Below are positions 38,162-50,800 of a DNA stretch of 64,000 nt, in pieces. The stretch lies in contig NC_086118.1 in assembly GCF_963921235.1 (NCBI RefSeq), positions 24,306,001 through 24,370,000 on the forward strand, read 5' to 3'. The stretch's first letter is position 1; each line of letters begins with the position of its first letter. This DNA is from Mobula hypostoma. Its lineage: Eukaryota. A program made the position numbers and the translations under genes. The notes beneath the pieces are model-generated. The model saw nothing but the letters and a program-made list of their open reading frames with translations. It was not told where the DNA came from and did not search any database.

Positions 38162-39009
38162 CAATGGGCACAGGGGGTGACTTTTAACTTGCAGTTAAAA
38201 TCTTTAACCACAAATATTTTCCCCAAACGTTGGAATGCAATTCTGAATGGAAGTGGGAAATTGTCTGACACACAGTATGTGTGGTCTGATTGCTGCAAAT
38301 TCACAGGAAGTGTAAAGATGTAATGGTGGAATAAATATACATTAATAAAATGACATGTTTGGATTCTGGAAAGTTTTAAGTTGTAAAGGAAAGCTCCTTT
38401 CAAATGCAGAATAATTAAATCTGAAATAATTAACCAGAAGAATATTCTCTACGCTGTTTTTCATTTCTCTCTTGGTTTTTAAACCATGATTATTTTACCA
38501 ATTTTAAGTTGTCTCTTTTGTCATTACTAACAATTGTGGTCAGAAATTCACAAGTACCAATGCAACTGGTAACTTTGAGTCTAACGATCTTATTTTTTTT
38601 AAGACCATTAAGTAAGTCCAGAGGCATTAGAAAATGTTAGGATACTAATTTTGCTAAATTCTTTCCTTCTATTCTGATCATTTGGGCAGAAACTGGGTTT
38701 GAGTTTTTACATATAGCAATATTTCCTTTGCTCAGTTTGATGCCTTGATCAAAACAGTATGGAAAACCATGTAAGTAAATGCAACATGTATTGAAATCGA
38801 TGCATATTACAGGAGTATTGGAATTTAATTCTGATATACTTGCAAAAATAGATAGAACATATCAGATGCAGTAGCATGATCCATGTGAATGAAAGAAAAA
38901 GCACAAAAAACACTGAATAATGATTATAATACAGGTGAATTGAGAAGTGGAAAAAAAGTTTCTGAACACAGAAAAGGGAAGTTGTAAAAGATGCATTTAA
39001 TGTATTTTC

Positions 39010-39520
39010 AGAGATTCTTTTCATGTTCAAGTCCACGTTCATTGTCAAAAGCATGCATATCCAGAGTATAAATGCCATGGAAGTTAGCTTTTTACAGTAG
39101 CAACAGAGTACATTGCAAACAAGGCAAATATAAATTAATGTAAGTTATATATACAGTAACTTACATGACAAAATGAATAAAAATAAGTATAATAGGTTAG
39201 GGCTTCTTATGTCAATTCCAGAACCTGATAGCAGTGTGAAAGAAACTGTTGTTGAAACTTGAAGCAGGGTCTTTAGGTTTCCGTACCTCTTGCTCATTAG
39301 CAGCAATGAGAAGAGGATAATGCTCTGTAAACAGGGATCCTTAAGTGATGGGTGTTTCCTTCCTACGACATCTTCTCTGGCAGAAGTCATCGATATTGAG
39401 TAGAGCTGTATCCATGATGGATCTGGCTGTCCACCACTCTCATAGATTCTTCCATTCCTGGGCATTTGTCTTTCCATACTAGGCCATGAAACCAGTCAGA
39501 ACACTTTCCACTGTATACAT
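39010..39520 (-). mobile_element. Rex/Babar LINE 3' fragment
   Basis: LKDPCLQSIILFSLLLMSKRYGNLKT peptide. Confidence 0.65.
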
Positions 39521-39540
39521 GCAACCTGGGAAACACCTAG

Positions 39541-40120
39541 CAGGCTGGATGGAGAGCGAGGTGTCTCCCAGTGGAGGTTGGTTGTAGGGGAGTCGCAGCC
39601 AGTTCCTTAGTTAGAGCCTTCAGCAATTTGGGCATCGAGGGAGAGAGGAAGAGGAGAGCCATCCGCAGTACCACCGATGCGGCAGAGAGGGCCTCAAGAT
39701 GGCTGTGGTTCAAAAGAGGGGAGCCATGGAATTGTGGTAAACCATGTATATAGGTTGTAACTGGATTACCTGTCTGGACACGCCCCTCTGCTGATTGCTC
39801 CTGTGGCTCCTCCCGCAGACCCCTGAATAAAGGTGATTGTGTCATTGCTCCTCCCTCAGTCCAGGACAGACATACAGCATGGACCTGGATCCATCTTACT
39901 GTTAATAAAAGCCTTTCAGTATTTACTCTACATCCAGTCTTTTGGAGTAATTGATAGTGCATCAGGTTTCATAAGTAGCTAGCTATCTGGACACAAGCTG
40001 GGGTCTGATCAGCCCCAGCTGGGTCACCTGGAGGAGGGTGTATGATGTCGAAAGACCCGAAACACCCGTTGATTCCAGGAACATCACTGAAGATGTATCC
40101 AGAGGCATCAGGAGATGTAT
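39541..40120 (+). mobile_element. HERO-like (restriction-like endonuclease) non-LTR element 3' end, split by a solo LTR
   Basis: QAGWRARCLPVEVGCRGVAASSLVRAFSNLGIEGERKRRAIRSTTDAAERASRWLWFKRGEPW matches the HERO RLE C-terminus; structured 3' UTR at 39965-40120. Confidence 0.75.
39733..39964 (+). mobile_element. Solo LTR related to the 28750-33192 Gypsy
   Basis: TGTGGTAAACCATGTATA...CAGTCTTTTGGAGTAATTGATAGTGCATCA; homologous ends, divergent middle. Confidence 0.9.
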
Positions 40121-42254
40121 GTACACAGCTGCAGATGGATATTAAAGTTATTTCAGTTTTCTAGGTGCAATATTAATGCAAGTGGGGGGTGGGTGAGGAA
40201 TTGAGGAAATGAATTGAATGGCTCCTAAAATACCACTGGAAAGTTGGATAGTTAACATTGTTTGTTGATAATAAAACATAGAAGCATAATAAATTAAAGC
40301 AAGAAATGGCTATTCTAGTCTTGATGCAGTGTTTTGACCAAAATGATAAGAATTCCTTTCCTCCCAGCTGAACTCCTCCAGCAGATTGTTTGTTGCTAAA
40401 AATACACCTAACTTTATGTGCTAAGTGTAAAATCAATTTCAGATTGGCAAATTGTGAAAAGCAAATAACTTTCAGAATAAATTTATTTTCTTTCAGTAAG
40501 TTGAGTCCAAGTAATGACAGCACAAGACTGCAATCTACAGTAACAACTAGAGATTTGTGGGAAATTTGACTCCAAAACACACCTGCAATGTTTACTCAGG
40601 TAGAACTTTGCTTAGTTCGAACTTCTTTAAGGCAAAGTTCAAGTTATCTCTTTTAAGAAGTAACCTAAGGAGACACAACTGGAGATCAAGCAGCAGTCTA
40701 TTTCTAAAAGAATATTTTCTAGATTGGTAGTTATTTGTAAAGGCCTGGCATTTTTTTGTGGACAGTGAGTACATAATCAGGATCTGAACCTCAAATGGAA
40801 AATTACTCTTTTTCTATTGAGAAGTTTTGCCCAGATTGTCCCATTTTCCACTTGTTGCTGCTTTATCATTGGCTCAGGTGGAAGGACAAACAACTTTTTG
40901 CATCCCTCTGAATGGTTAAACATGATGTTTTGAGGTGTAGCGACCATGCTCTAAATATATGTATTTAAAGATATTTTGAATATACAAATGTATTTCATCA
41001 GATCAACTATTTTCATTTGTGCAGTAAAAGGAGAAATGGTCAAGCAAGCCATGCAAATGTTCTCCAAATTTGAACTATAAATTCTGGAAATTTATAGCTG
41101 TTTATAGAAAAGACTAAATGTTAGTCCCTTTCCAGATTTATTGAAGATGCATTCTTTATTTCTTTAAAGCATAAGAAGCCTGTGATAAAATACATCTTTT
41201 GACATGCTGTACTAGTGACTTACAGAACTTCTCAGGGGCAGGAGCATAAAAGAGACTAAAATGATTCCTCAAAGCTAGACATCTCCACAAAAAATATAAC
41301 ATCAAGTGTTCTAGGGATGTGCAGCTTCACAGGGGAATGAGCAAAGGAGTTGTAAAAGAGTATCAATATCCTCCATTCTTTCTTCAGTTATTCCTTAAAA
41401 ATAGCTCATGGAAGTGCCAGAATGATCCATATTTATTTTGGCATACTTCCGGACAAAATGACGTTGATTTGCTTTTGTTTTAATTGCAGCAACTTCCAGC
41501 ATGGAACTTGTCTAGAGCTCTGTAGAAATAGACAATTTTGGAAGCCTTCTATTTGATTAGTAGCATCTGAGAATCCTTTCAGACTATAGTGACAGGGAAA
41601 AATATTTCATAAACCTGCTGACAGGGCTCTTTGTTCCTAAAATGCATCCTGTTGAAACTTTCCTGAAGACAAAATATACTTTCCTTGGACATCATCCATG
41701 CCGAGTAGTTCTGTCACCTCTTCTAACTGTGGAGCAGTAAACATAGTCCAATTCCACTGCTTCAGCCAAGAAGGATATATTGAATTTGTATCCAGAGCTC
41801 CAGCTGTTTGGCAAAAGGCCTCATTGTCTACAAAATAAAACCAAAGCAATCATTTATATACAATTCAATTTTATGTCACTTTCTTATCACTACTTTTGCA
41901 CAGACTTAACAATCGCTTACCCATTTACCAGTGCAAGGATAAAAAATTTGATGATCAGCCACACAAAAGGGTGGAGAGAATTGTACAAAACAGCTGCAAG
42001 AAGATACCTAGAGACATGTGGGTGGTGCACTTAAATGTTTGTCTTATTTTTTTGGCTCTGTTAAAACTTCCACAAGAGGCTTCAGCTATCTAATTGCAAG
42101 ATGATGTAGTCAGATGTTTCATTGTAAATATCACAAAGTGGCTAACGTGAATTAAAGTGTTGTCAATTCTGAAATGAATGTAAAAAATACTTGCAACACA
42201 CATCAGAGTTGCTGGTGAACGCAGCAGGCCAGACAGCATCTGTAGGAAGAGGTG

Positions 42255-42292
42255 TAGTCGACGTTTCAGGCCGAGACCCTTCGTCAGGACTA
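42255..42292 (-). ncRNA. Minimal hammerhead motif (minus arm)
   Basis: Exact reverse complement of 42336-42373. Confidence 0.8.
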
Positions 42293-42335
42293 ACTGAAGG
42301 AAGAGTGAGTAAGGGATACTCACTCTTCCTTCAGT

Positions 42336-42373
42336 TAGTCCTGACGAAGGGTCTCGGCCTGAAACGTCGACTA
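42336..42373 (+). ncRNA. Minimal hammerhead motif (plus arm)
   Basis: TAGTC-CTGACGA-AGG(GTCTCGG)CCT-GAAAC-GTC-GACTA; perfect helix I; palindromic ACGT helix III. Confidence 0.8.
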
Positions 42374-42669
42374 CACCTCTTCCTACAGATGCTGCCTGGC
42401 CTGCTGCGTTCACCAGCAACTTTGATGTGTGTTGCTTGAATTTCCAGCATCTGCAGAATTTCCAGCATCTGCAGAATTCCTGTTGTTTGCGTAAAAAATA
42501 CTTACCAGCCTAACGCAGAGCCACACTGAAGTATAGCATGAACCTTTCTGTGCATCAGAATTTTATGAAATTTTCTCACATTTTCTGTTACTAGGACCTT
42601 TCCATTTTAGGACAGGATCAATCTACCTGGCTGTGGTCTGCCTTCAGTCATTCAATGCGAACTGGTTGT

Positions 42670-43160
42670 AATGCCTGGTTCGCTGCCGCTGCTACTGTGC
42701 GATCAAGAATCTCCGGAGGGGAAGGCCCCAATTCCTCAGCTTTGCTTGCTGCTGGCGGCCGGGGCTGGGGTTGAAGCGCTCGGCAGAGATAGCGCCCGGT
42801 GCTCAGTGTCGGTGGGCTGGTCGGAGGCTCAAAGTTTTCGGACGACTCAGAGTCGGACTATGGTCAGGCATGGTAGGGAAAGTTTTCTTCCTTCTCCCGT
42901 CTGCGTGAGATGTGGGACTTTCGAGAGACTTCGAACTTTTTTTACCGTGCCCATGGCCTGTTCTTCATCAAGTTATGGTATTGCTTGCACTGTTGTAACT
43001 ACATGTTATTATTATGTGGTTTTTGTCAGTTTTTCAGACTTGGTCTGTCCTGTGTTTCTGTGATATCACACTGGAGGAATATTGTATCATTTCTTAATGC
43101 ATGCATTACTAAATGACAATAAAAGAGGACTGCATGTCCTCATAATCTAATCTAATCTAA
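42670..43160 (+). mobile_element. Non-autonomous retroposon family A, 5'-truncated
   Basis: Homologous to 23395-23880; (AATCT)n tail. Confidence 0.85.
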
Positions 43161-44319
43161 TTCCAAGATTTATTGATTGATAGACAGTGCTGCAATCCCA
43201 TGGGGTCAGAGGCAGAGCCTATTGTTGCTGGCATTTGACAGTATTCTGCTGAGACATCGTCACCCCAGTTACTTTGGCAGAGATTCACAGCCTGTGAACC
43301 AGTGGAAAGTGACTTGCTTAAGATTATTTTGCATTTGTTTGATGTTATTAAGTCACTTTAACTCACTTTTATTTAATTAAATCTTTAATCATTTATATAT
43401 ATTTAAACTAGACATACTAATTTTACTGATATATAAATGTTTCTTAATGTCAAAATGTTACCTGGATTGAAGGATTTTAGCTATGGGGAGATACTGGATA
43501 GGTTGGGTTTGTTTTCGCTGGAGTGAAGGAGTCTATGGAGTGAGCTAATAGAAGTATAAAAGATTGTAAGAGGGTAGGTAAACAAAATCTATCCTGATGC
43601 TTAAAAACAAGTGGGGATGGGTGAGAGGAAGGAATTTGAAAGGGGATCTGAGGGATGCAATTTGAATATCTGGAACACACTGCCAGAAGAGGTGATGGAA
43701 TCAGATATACTGTAATTATGAAATTTAAATGGCACTAAAACAGACTCTTAGTCAGACAAGGCATAGAAGGAAATGGCCCTAAACATGGGCAAGTAGAATC
43801 AGTGTGTTCACTCACCTCAACATGGAACCTATAGACTCACTTTCAAGGATCCTACAACTAATATTCTCGGTATTTATTTATTTATTTATTTATTTATTTA
43901 TTTGTACTCGCACAGTTTGTCTTCTTTTGCACATTGGTTGCTGATCTTTATTTGTTTGTAATTTTTCATTGATTCTGTTGCACTGCTTTGTTCTACTGCA
44001 ACAGTGTGAATCAGTATGACATATATGCACCTTGATAATAAATTTACTTTGAACTTTGAGGTTTGGCCTGGATGTGTTTGATCAAAGAACCCTTCTGCAC
44101 TGTATGATTTTATGAATTTTAAAATAACTAAAACCATTTAAAGACGTCAAGAGTTGAAGTTCGACCTCCAGTTCTTGCCAGCATGTTCCAGGGTGGCTCA
44201 TTCACATCGCACCACCTGAGACTTGGTTGTTGCTGGAACCTTGCTGCCCGCTCAAGTGTGCAGTATCCTAATCTGCTCAGCCCACCACAACTGGACAAGG
44301 TTGGCACAGATTTATAAAG

Positions 44320-45385
44320 TTATGAAGTCACAGTGCAGAAACAGACCTTTTAACCCAGTTGGTCCATGCCAACCAAGGTGTCCCATCCAAACTAGTCCTA
44401 TTTGCATGCATTTGTCTATAACCTTCTAAAGCCTGTCCAACCATCTTTTCAAACCCATTATTGTACCCACCTCAATCACTTCCTCTGGCAGCTCATTCCA
44501 TATAGACACCGTCCGAGGTGTAAAAACATTTCCCCTTAAGTTCCTGTGAAACCTTTCCCCTCTCAGCTTAAACCTTTGCCCTCTAGTTCTGACAGAGGGA
44601 GGAGGGAGGAGAAGATGGTGGCGTGACGCAGCGCCCACGGCCCTTCCGAATGATACCATATGTGTAACTAGGGGCCATGCACAATCTGGATTTGATGGGG
44701 AGAGCCGTGAAGCACAGAGGAACATCTGGAGTAACTTCTGAAATGCCTGCTTCGCTGCCACTGCTACTGCGCAATCAAGAATCTCTGGAGACGAAGGCCC
44801 CAAATCCTCGGCTTTGCATATCGCCTGTTGCCGGGGCTGGGGTTGAAGCGCTCAGCAGAGATGGTGCTCGGTGCTCGGAGTTTTTCGGACGGACTCGGAG
44901 TCGGGCTATGGTCGGATGCTTCCGGGATGCTGCACCAGCAAGTTGGCGGCGTTGGAGGTTTACCGTCTGCGTGAGATGATGGGACTTTCAAGAGACTTTA
45001 AGACTTTTACTGTGCCATGGTCTGGTCTTATCAAATTACGGTATTGCTTTGCACTGTTGTAACTATATGTTATAATTATGTGGTTTTTGTTAGTTTTTAA
45101 GTTGGTTTGTCATGTGTTTTTCGTGATATCATTCTGGAAAAACATTTTATCATTTCTTAATGCATGCATTACTAAATGACAATAAAAGGGGACTGCGTGT
45201 CCTCATAATCATAGTTCTTGATTACAAAACTCTGTGAATAATACACCTGATCTCATGATTTTATACACCCCTATAAGATCACTTTGTATTCTCCTATGCT
45301 ATAAGGAATAATGACCTAGGCTGCCCAATCTCTCCTATATGACTCCGTTCCTCAAGTGCTGGAAGCATCCCAGTAATCTTTTCCG
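44320..45385 (-). mobile_element. CR1 3' fragment split by family A insertion
   Basis: RTRGQRFKLRGERFHRNLRGNVFTPRTVSIWNELPEEVIE; continues at 45212-45385. Confidence 0.8.
44591..45211 (+). mobile_element. Non-autonomous retroposon family A, full-length copy
   Basis: 7-bp TSD TAGTTCT at 44584-44590 and 45212-45218; GGAGAAGATGGTGGCG start; GTCCTCATAATC end. Confidence 0.85.
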
Positions 45386-46634
45386 TAAAATTATTTTTTT
45401 TATGTTTCAGTTTTATCTTTTCACACAAATGCAATGTTAAGAGCCCACAAAGCTCCTCACAGACATAACCTTCATGCCATACTCATTATCTGTCATGTTG
45501 GGCAAACATTCATGGACAAGTGCCCTGGGCAAGATGTTAGCTCCTGTTTTGTGAAAGTGTCTCTTTCCTTTTGAAAATTAAATGAATCCTGTACACCAAG
45601 TGAACTGAAAAATATCTTCCATCCTTCAGAATTGTTATCTGTCAGATAACAGGAATATAATGATACTTAATCTACTCTTCGAAGATTTGCCGGTAAATTG
45701 ACGACATTCTTGTAGTTACCTGTTATGCCAATGCTAACATGCGATGATGAGGCAGATAAAACCTTAGAGTTGGTGAGGGTGGGTATGTATGGTCTGAACT
45801 ACTGTGAATTATTTTCCTGGCAGTGAATTTTGAGAAAGACACTGTAGCTGATTGCAATACCTTGAGGCTCGTTCTTCATTTTGATTCCTTTAACATGGAT
45901 AGAGTGTGTTCATACGTGAGTCTGTCTGGTTTGTGGAAAAGATTACACCATGTGGAATCCATATTTGGTGAGCTGGGCTGTATCTAGTGCAATCTTGCTC
46001 AATGCATTGCCAGTGAGATGTTAGGTTTTCAGCCATGAAATGTGATATGACCAAGTGTGTGTAAAAGTTGTCCTTCGGCACAAAGAAATCATTCATAAAG
46101 TGTTAAGTGCATGATTACACCAAAATGTGAAGCCAGCATTCATCCCCAAGAGGAACAAAATGTGCAGACTAAGACCAGAAGGAGGCTATATGTCCCCTTG
46201 AGTCTTCTGTCCCATTCAATAAATTCATGACTGCTTGGTACTTGACCTCAGCTTCATTTTCCTGCCTGGTTCCCATTATCTTTGAGTCATCTAAAGACTG
46301 AAAGTTGTCAATCGCAGCTTTGACTGGATCCGTTAATTCAGCTTCCACAGTTCTCTGGGGAGTGGGAGAATTTCAAAGATACACAACCTTCAGAGAGAAG
46401 ACATTTCTCCTCATCGCTGTCTTAAAGGAGCACTCCTTCATTCTGAAACTAACCCTCCTTGTTTCAGGTTAATCACCAGCCCTTACACATAGAACTTTCA
46501 ATGCTGCAGTCAGGCACTGGTTAAGAATCACTATAAAATTAAATTTTGACTGAAAGTAACAGGAGTCTCAAAATATTTGGCAAACTCCTTACTGGAAGCC
46601 TGAATCCAACACTTGTTCTATATTAAAGCAACCT

Positions 46635-47280
46635 TTCAAAGTTCAGAGTAACTTTATTATCAAAGTATGTATATGTCACCATATATGTGCACTCAGATTT
46701 GTTTTCTTGCAGGCATTCACAGTAGAACAAAGAAATACAGTAGAATCAATGAAAACTACAAACACTGATGAACAATCAATGTGGAAAAAGATAAACTGTG
46801 CAAGTACAAAAATAAGTAATGAGATAAGCAAGTAATTACTGTAAATAAATAAATAAAACTGAGAACATGAATTGTAGAGTCCTTGAAAGTGAGTCGATAG
46901 GTTGCGTTGAGTGATGAGTTCAGTGTTGAGATGCGTGAAGTTATCCACATTGGTTCAGAACCCTGACGGTTGAAGGATAATAATTGTTCTTGAATCTGGT
47001 GATCTGGGACCCAAGGTTCCTGTATCTCTTTACTGATGGTAACAGCAAGAAGAGAGCATAACCTAGATGGTGGACATGCTTCACGATGAATGCTGCTTTC
47101 TTGTGACAGTGCTCCTTGTAGATGTGCTCAGTGTGGGGAGGAATTTTCCTGTGGTGGACTGGGCTGCATCCACCAGTTTTTCAAACTTATCCATTCTTGG
47201 GCATTGGCCATTCAAGTCCATAATTCAAGTCAGGATACTTTCCACCATGCATCTATGGAAGTTTAAGATGATATGCTGAG
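46635..47280 (-). mobile_element. Rex/Babar LINE 3' fragment
   Basis: Same UTR and tail as 17280-17600 (AAAGTTCAGAGTAACTTTATTATCAAAGT). Confidence 0.75.
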
Positions 47281-47299
47281 CCTGTGAAAACTTGTTTCT

Positions 47300-50200
47300 C
47301 TACTCAAACAGTTCCAGCTGTCTACTATTATGAGAATGACAAAGGACTGAGTAGCCTTGAGATTTAAAATGTGAAAACTAACAAGAGACAAGCAAAATGT
47401 CTTACAGCAGAAGTGAACAGCAAATTATTTAGAATGGAATGGGACACTTGCTCCGCTGTTTCTGTCATTCTACAAAATGATTTTAAATGGCATTTCAATT
47501 ACACTGAAATGAAGCCTGCTGATATCAAATTAAGAACTTATACTGCAGGAAAGATATCTCTTGTGGGAATGACGCTTGTAAAAGTGAAATACAACAGTCA
47601 AAAAGCCACATTGGGTTTGTATGTTGTAAAAGCAACAGGGCCAGCATTGTGGGGCCAAGAATGGCAGAGACAACTAGAACTTGATCCATCCGCCATTTGC
47701 ATGCCCCATTCCCTGAAACTGAGTCAATTGAAAGTGAATTCAGAAAAGTACTGGATGGCATTGGAAAACTCAAGCATATCAATGGTAAAAACTATTAAAT
47801 GAAAGTACCATGCCCAAGTTTTATAAAGCCCATTCGGTTCCTTATACATCTGTGACAAAGTAACCAAAGAGCTAGATTGCGTTGATGCTGAAAGAATTCT
47901 TTCCAACAGTTGACTGTAGCCCATGGGCAATGTCAGTGGCCCCAGTAGCCAAGAAGATTGGGTCTGTCAGGCTCTGTGGTGATTTTAAGGTCCCCATCAA
48001 CCCTGTACTGAACATAGATCAATGCACTTTGCCCTGGATAGAGGATATGTTTACAAACCATTCTGGAGGAAAACACTTCAGCAAAGTGGAATTAGCTTAG
48101 GCCTACCTACAGATGGAAATTTAAAAAATTCCGAAGTGTTTCTCACCATAAACACTCACAAATGGCTTTATCTCTATATTATTTTTGGAGTAGCATCTGG
48201 CCCTGTGCTCTGACAGAAAGATATGGACCAGCTGCTGTAAGACTGTCCAGGTACTCAGTGTTAGCTGGAAGAAAGCATTGTTGCAGTAAGGATGATAAAA
48301 AAAATTTCCAAAATTTCAAGGGAGTGTTAAAAAGGTTAGAAGTTAATGGGCTCAGAGCACTATGCAAGATGTGTGATTTCTTCAAACCAAGCATCACTTA
48401 CTGTGGACCTTTGATGCACAAGGATTACACAGTGTGCTGAGAAAATTCAAGCAGTAGCGGATGTCTCAAGGCCAAAGGACATGTCACAGTTTCAGTCCTT
48501 TTTAGATTTTGTCAATTACATTACAAACTCCTGCCAAACCTGGCTACTGTATGCCTTTGATCTGATTGCTACAGATCGGGCAGAAATGGCAATGGGCAAA
48601 GCAGTGTGAGGTTGACTTTCCAAAAGACAAAGGAAAAGGCGATGTCAGACACGGTACTCACATCATCCAGTAAAGCTTACCTGTGATGCCTCTCCTTATG
48701 CTATAGGTTCAGCCATGTCATATGTTGTCAGTGACATAAGTGAAAGCCCTATAGCCTTTGTATCACATTCCTTTACTGCTGGAGAGAAACATTACACACA
48801 GATTGACAGACAGGCCTTGAGTCTGGTTTGAAGTTTCAACCAGTACTTGTATGGGAGAGAGATTAACCTCATTGCTAATTATCAACCGCTGGTGTCCATT
48901 TTCAATCCACAGAAGAGTATTCCACCACAGCCCCAGCATGAATGTAGAGATGGGCTCTGTTTCTTGGAGGACACAATTACAAGACCAAATTCAAGAAGAC
49001 AACTATACGTGGAAATGCTGATGGATTGTCCCTTTTAACCTTGGAAAAAGAAATACCTTAAATATTTACAAATGAGGCCATCCTCTTGACTTATTCTCCC
49101 TAATGCAAATTGAAAGTCTGCCTATTGAGACAGAGATGATTTAAAGGGAAACTAGATAAGACACCCACATTGTCTGACATCTACATGGCCACCCAAAATG
49201 TTTGGATTGTGCAGCAGAAATCTCAGTTCCTCTGTCCTTTACTAGTGCCGGGATGAGTTTGCCACTGACGAGGCCTGCCTTATGTGATGATTAAGTGCTC
49301 TTGTACCATCCAAACTAAAAGCTAAAGTGCTGGAGGAGCTACATGCCGGTTATCTAGCTGGGGTCAAAATGAAAGCATTGTTTCAAGGCTTTGTCTGGCA
49401 GCCTGGGATAGATCAGCAGATCGAGCAGCTTGCTATGGACGGCTTGGGAAGCCAATACATGCAGAAGATGCCAATACATGCAAAAGATGCCAAGAGCAGT
49501 TCCTCTTCATCCCCGGGAAAGACTTGCATTGCCCTGGCAGAGCATTCATGTAGGTTTTGACAGACCAGTCATGGGCACAAATTTCTGGATGCAGCTAGAA
49601 AGTGGCCAGGAGTGTTCCCAATAGCCTCCACTACAGCTTCACACACTGTTGATGTGTTGAGAATCCTCTTCTCGAGGACTGCTGTTCCATAACACTTAGT
49701 CAGTCACAATGGACCTCAGTTTGTTCCTGAAAATGATTGGAACAAGACATATTATATCTGCACCATACCACCCAGCTACAAATACCTTTGTGGAAAGGTT
49801 TATTCAAAGTCTAAAGAATGCACTGCAAGCAATGTCAATAGAACACACAATATTGACACTGAATCAGAAGCTCACCGATTTCCTCCTTGCATATCGCAAT
49901 GCAGCACTCTCCACAACCAACAACTCACCAGCAGTACTGTATCTGAGTTGCCCCTTGCACTCATGCCTGGATCTCCTCAAACTCAGTCTCCAAAGGAGTA
50001 TGCAGGACAAACAGCTGAGACAAACTGAGAACTCCTCAGACGAGGATGTTCGATGTTTCACTCCTGGACAAGCAGTCCTAGTGAGGGACTACAGAGGTAA
50101 TAAAACGTAGGTACTTTGAAAAATTAGGGGCAGAACTGGACTGCAGCTGATGTCATCTGGAGACAACGCATCAATCAGTTGAGGAGAGTAGAGTCAATTG

Positions 50201-50800
50201 TTAGAGAAGAAAGGTGTCCTGAACTGTCTGAACCACTTCATATAGGCCCAGAGACAACTCCTACAACCACCACAGAGGAGGCCCCAGAACCTGAGATCGT
50301 TTCACAGCCACAAGTCTCACTTGCCAAGCAGAGTGATCCTCCCACATTTGTCAGGAAAGACGTTATCCCACAAGAGCAAGAGATCCTTCACAGCTATTAA
50401 ATCTTTAGGCCTGAATAGGACAATTTAAAATTTACTATGCTGTGGACGTCTATATAGTAGTTGTATTATATAGTATACTCCATAAATGATGACTAGAGAG
50501 TAATATGTTATATAGTTGAGTTGAGATGCCTTCTATATTGAATTGGAGTTTATAGCTAAGCAGAGAGGAGAGTGGTGTACTTACTAGTTCAGCAACATTT
50601 GAGTAATATTGTAAATATATTGTTTGAATAAGTATTCTTTATTTAAATGATTAATTATGAGTTATATGCAAATGTACGTGAATGGCATGCATCATTACTC
50701 CACCACGTCATAAAAAGTAAGAAAGAAATAAAAAACGTTATTCACAGCTCCGTGTTTTTCTTTCGATTAGTTTTATGTTTTGGAGTTATGAAGTATAACA
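47300..50800 (+). mobile_element. Degenerate 5'-truncated Gypsy element (Mag-like)
   Basis: Protease MEWDTCSAVSVI; RT SPWAMSVAPVAKKIGSVRLCGDFK; IN LEELHAG and SAPYHPATNTFVERFIQSLK; PPT AGAGAGGAGAG; 3' LTR 50573-50800. Confidence 0.9.

Larger units (their letters stand above)
42193..42490. mobile_element. Young PLE pseudo-LTR foldback mini-element
   Basis: Arms 42193-42311 and 42317-42435 (2 mismatches seen), loop AGGGA; 13-bp TSD GTAAAAAATACTT at 42180-42192 and 42491-42503. Confidence 0.95.

Noticed and set aside
41637..41849. 70-aa minus-strand ORF with an acceptor-like site
   Set aside because: No recognisable domain or supporting neighbouring exon
42090..42439. Near-identical ORFs on both strands (MLVNAAGQAAS...)
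   Set aside because: Artefact of the palindrome; the same pseudo-peptide appears at every PLE pseudo-LTR copy
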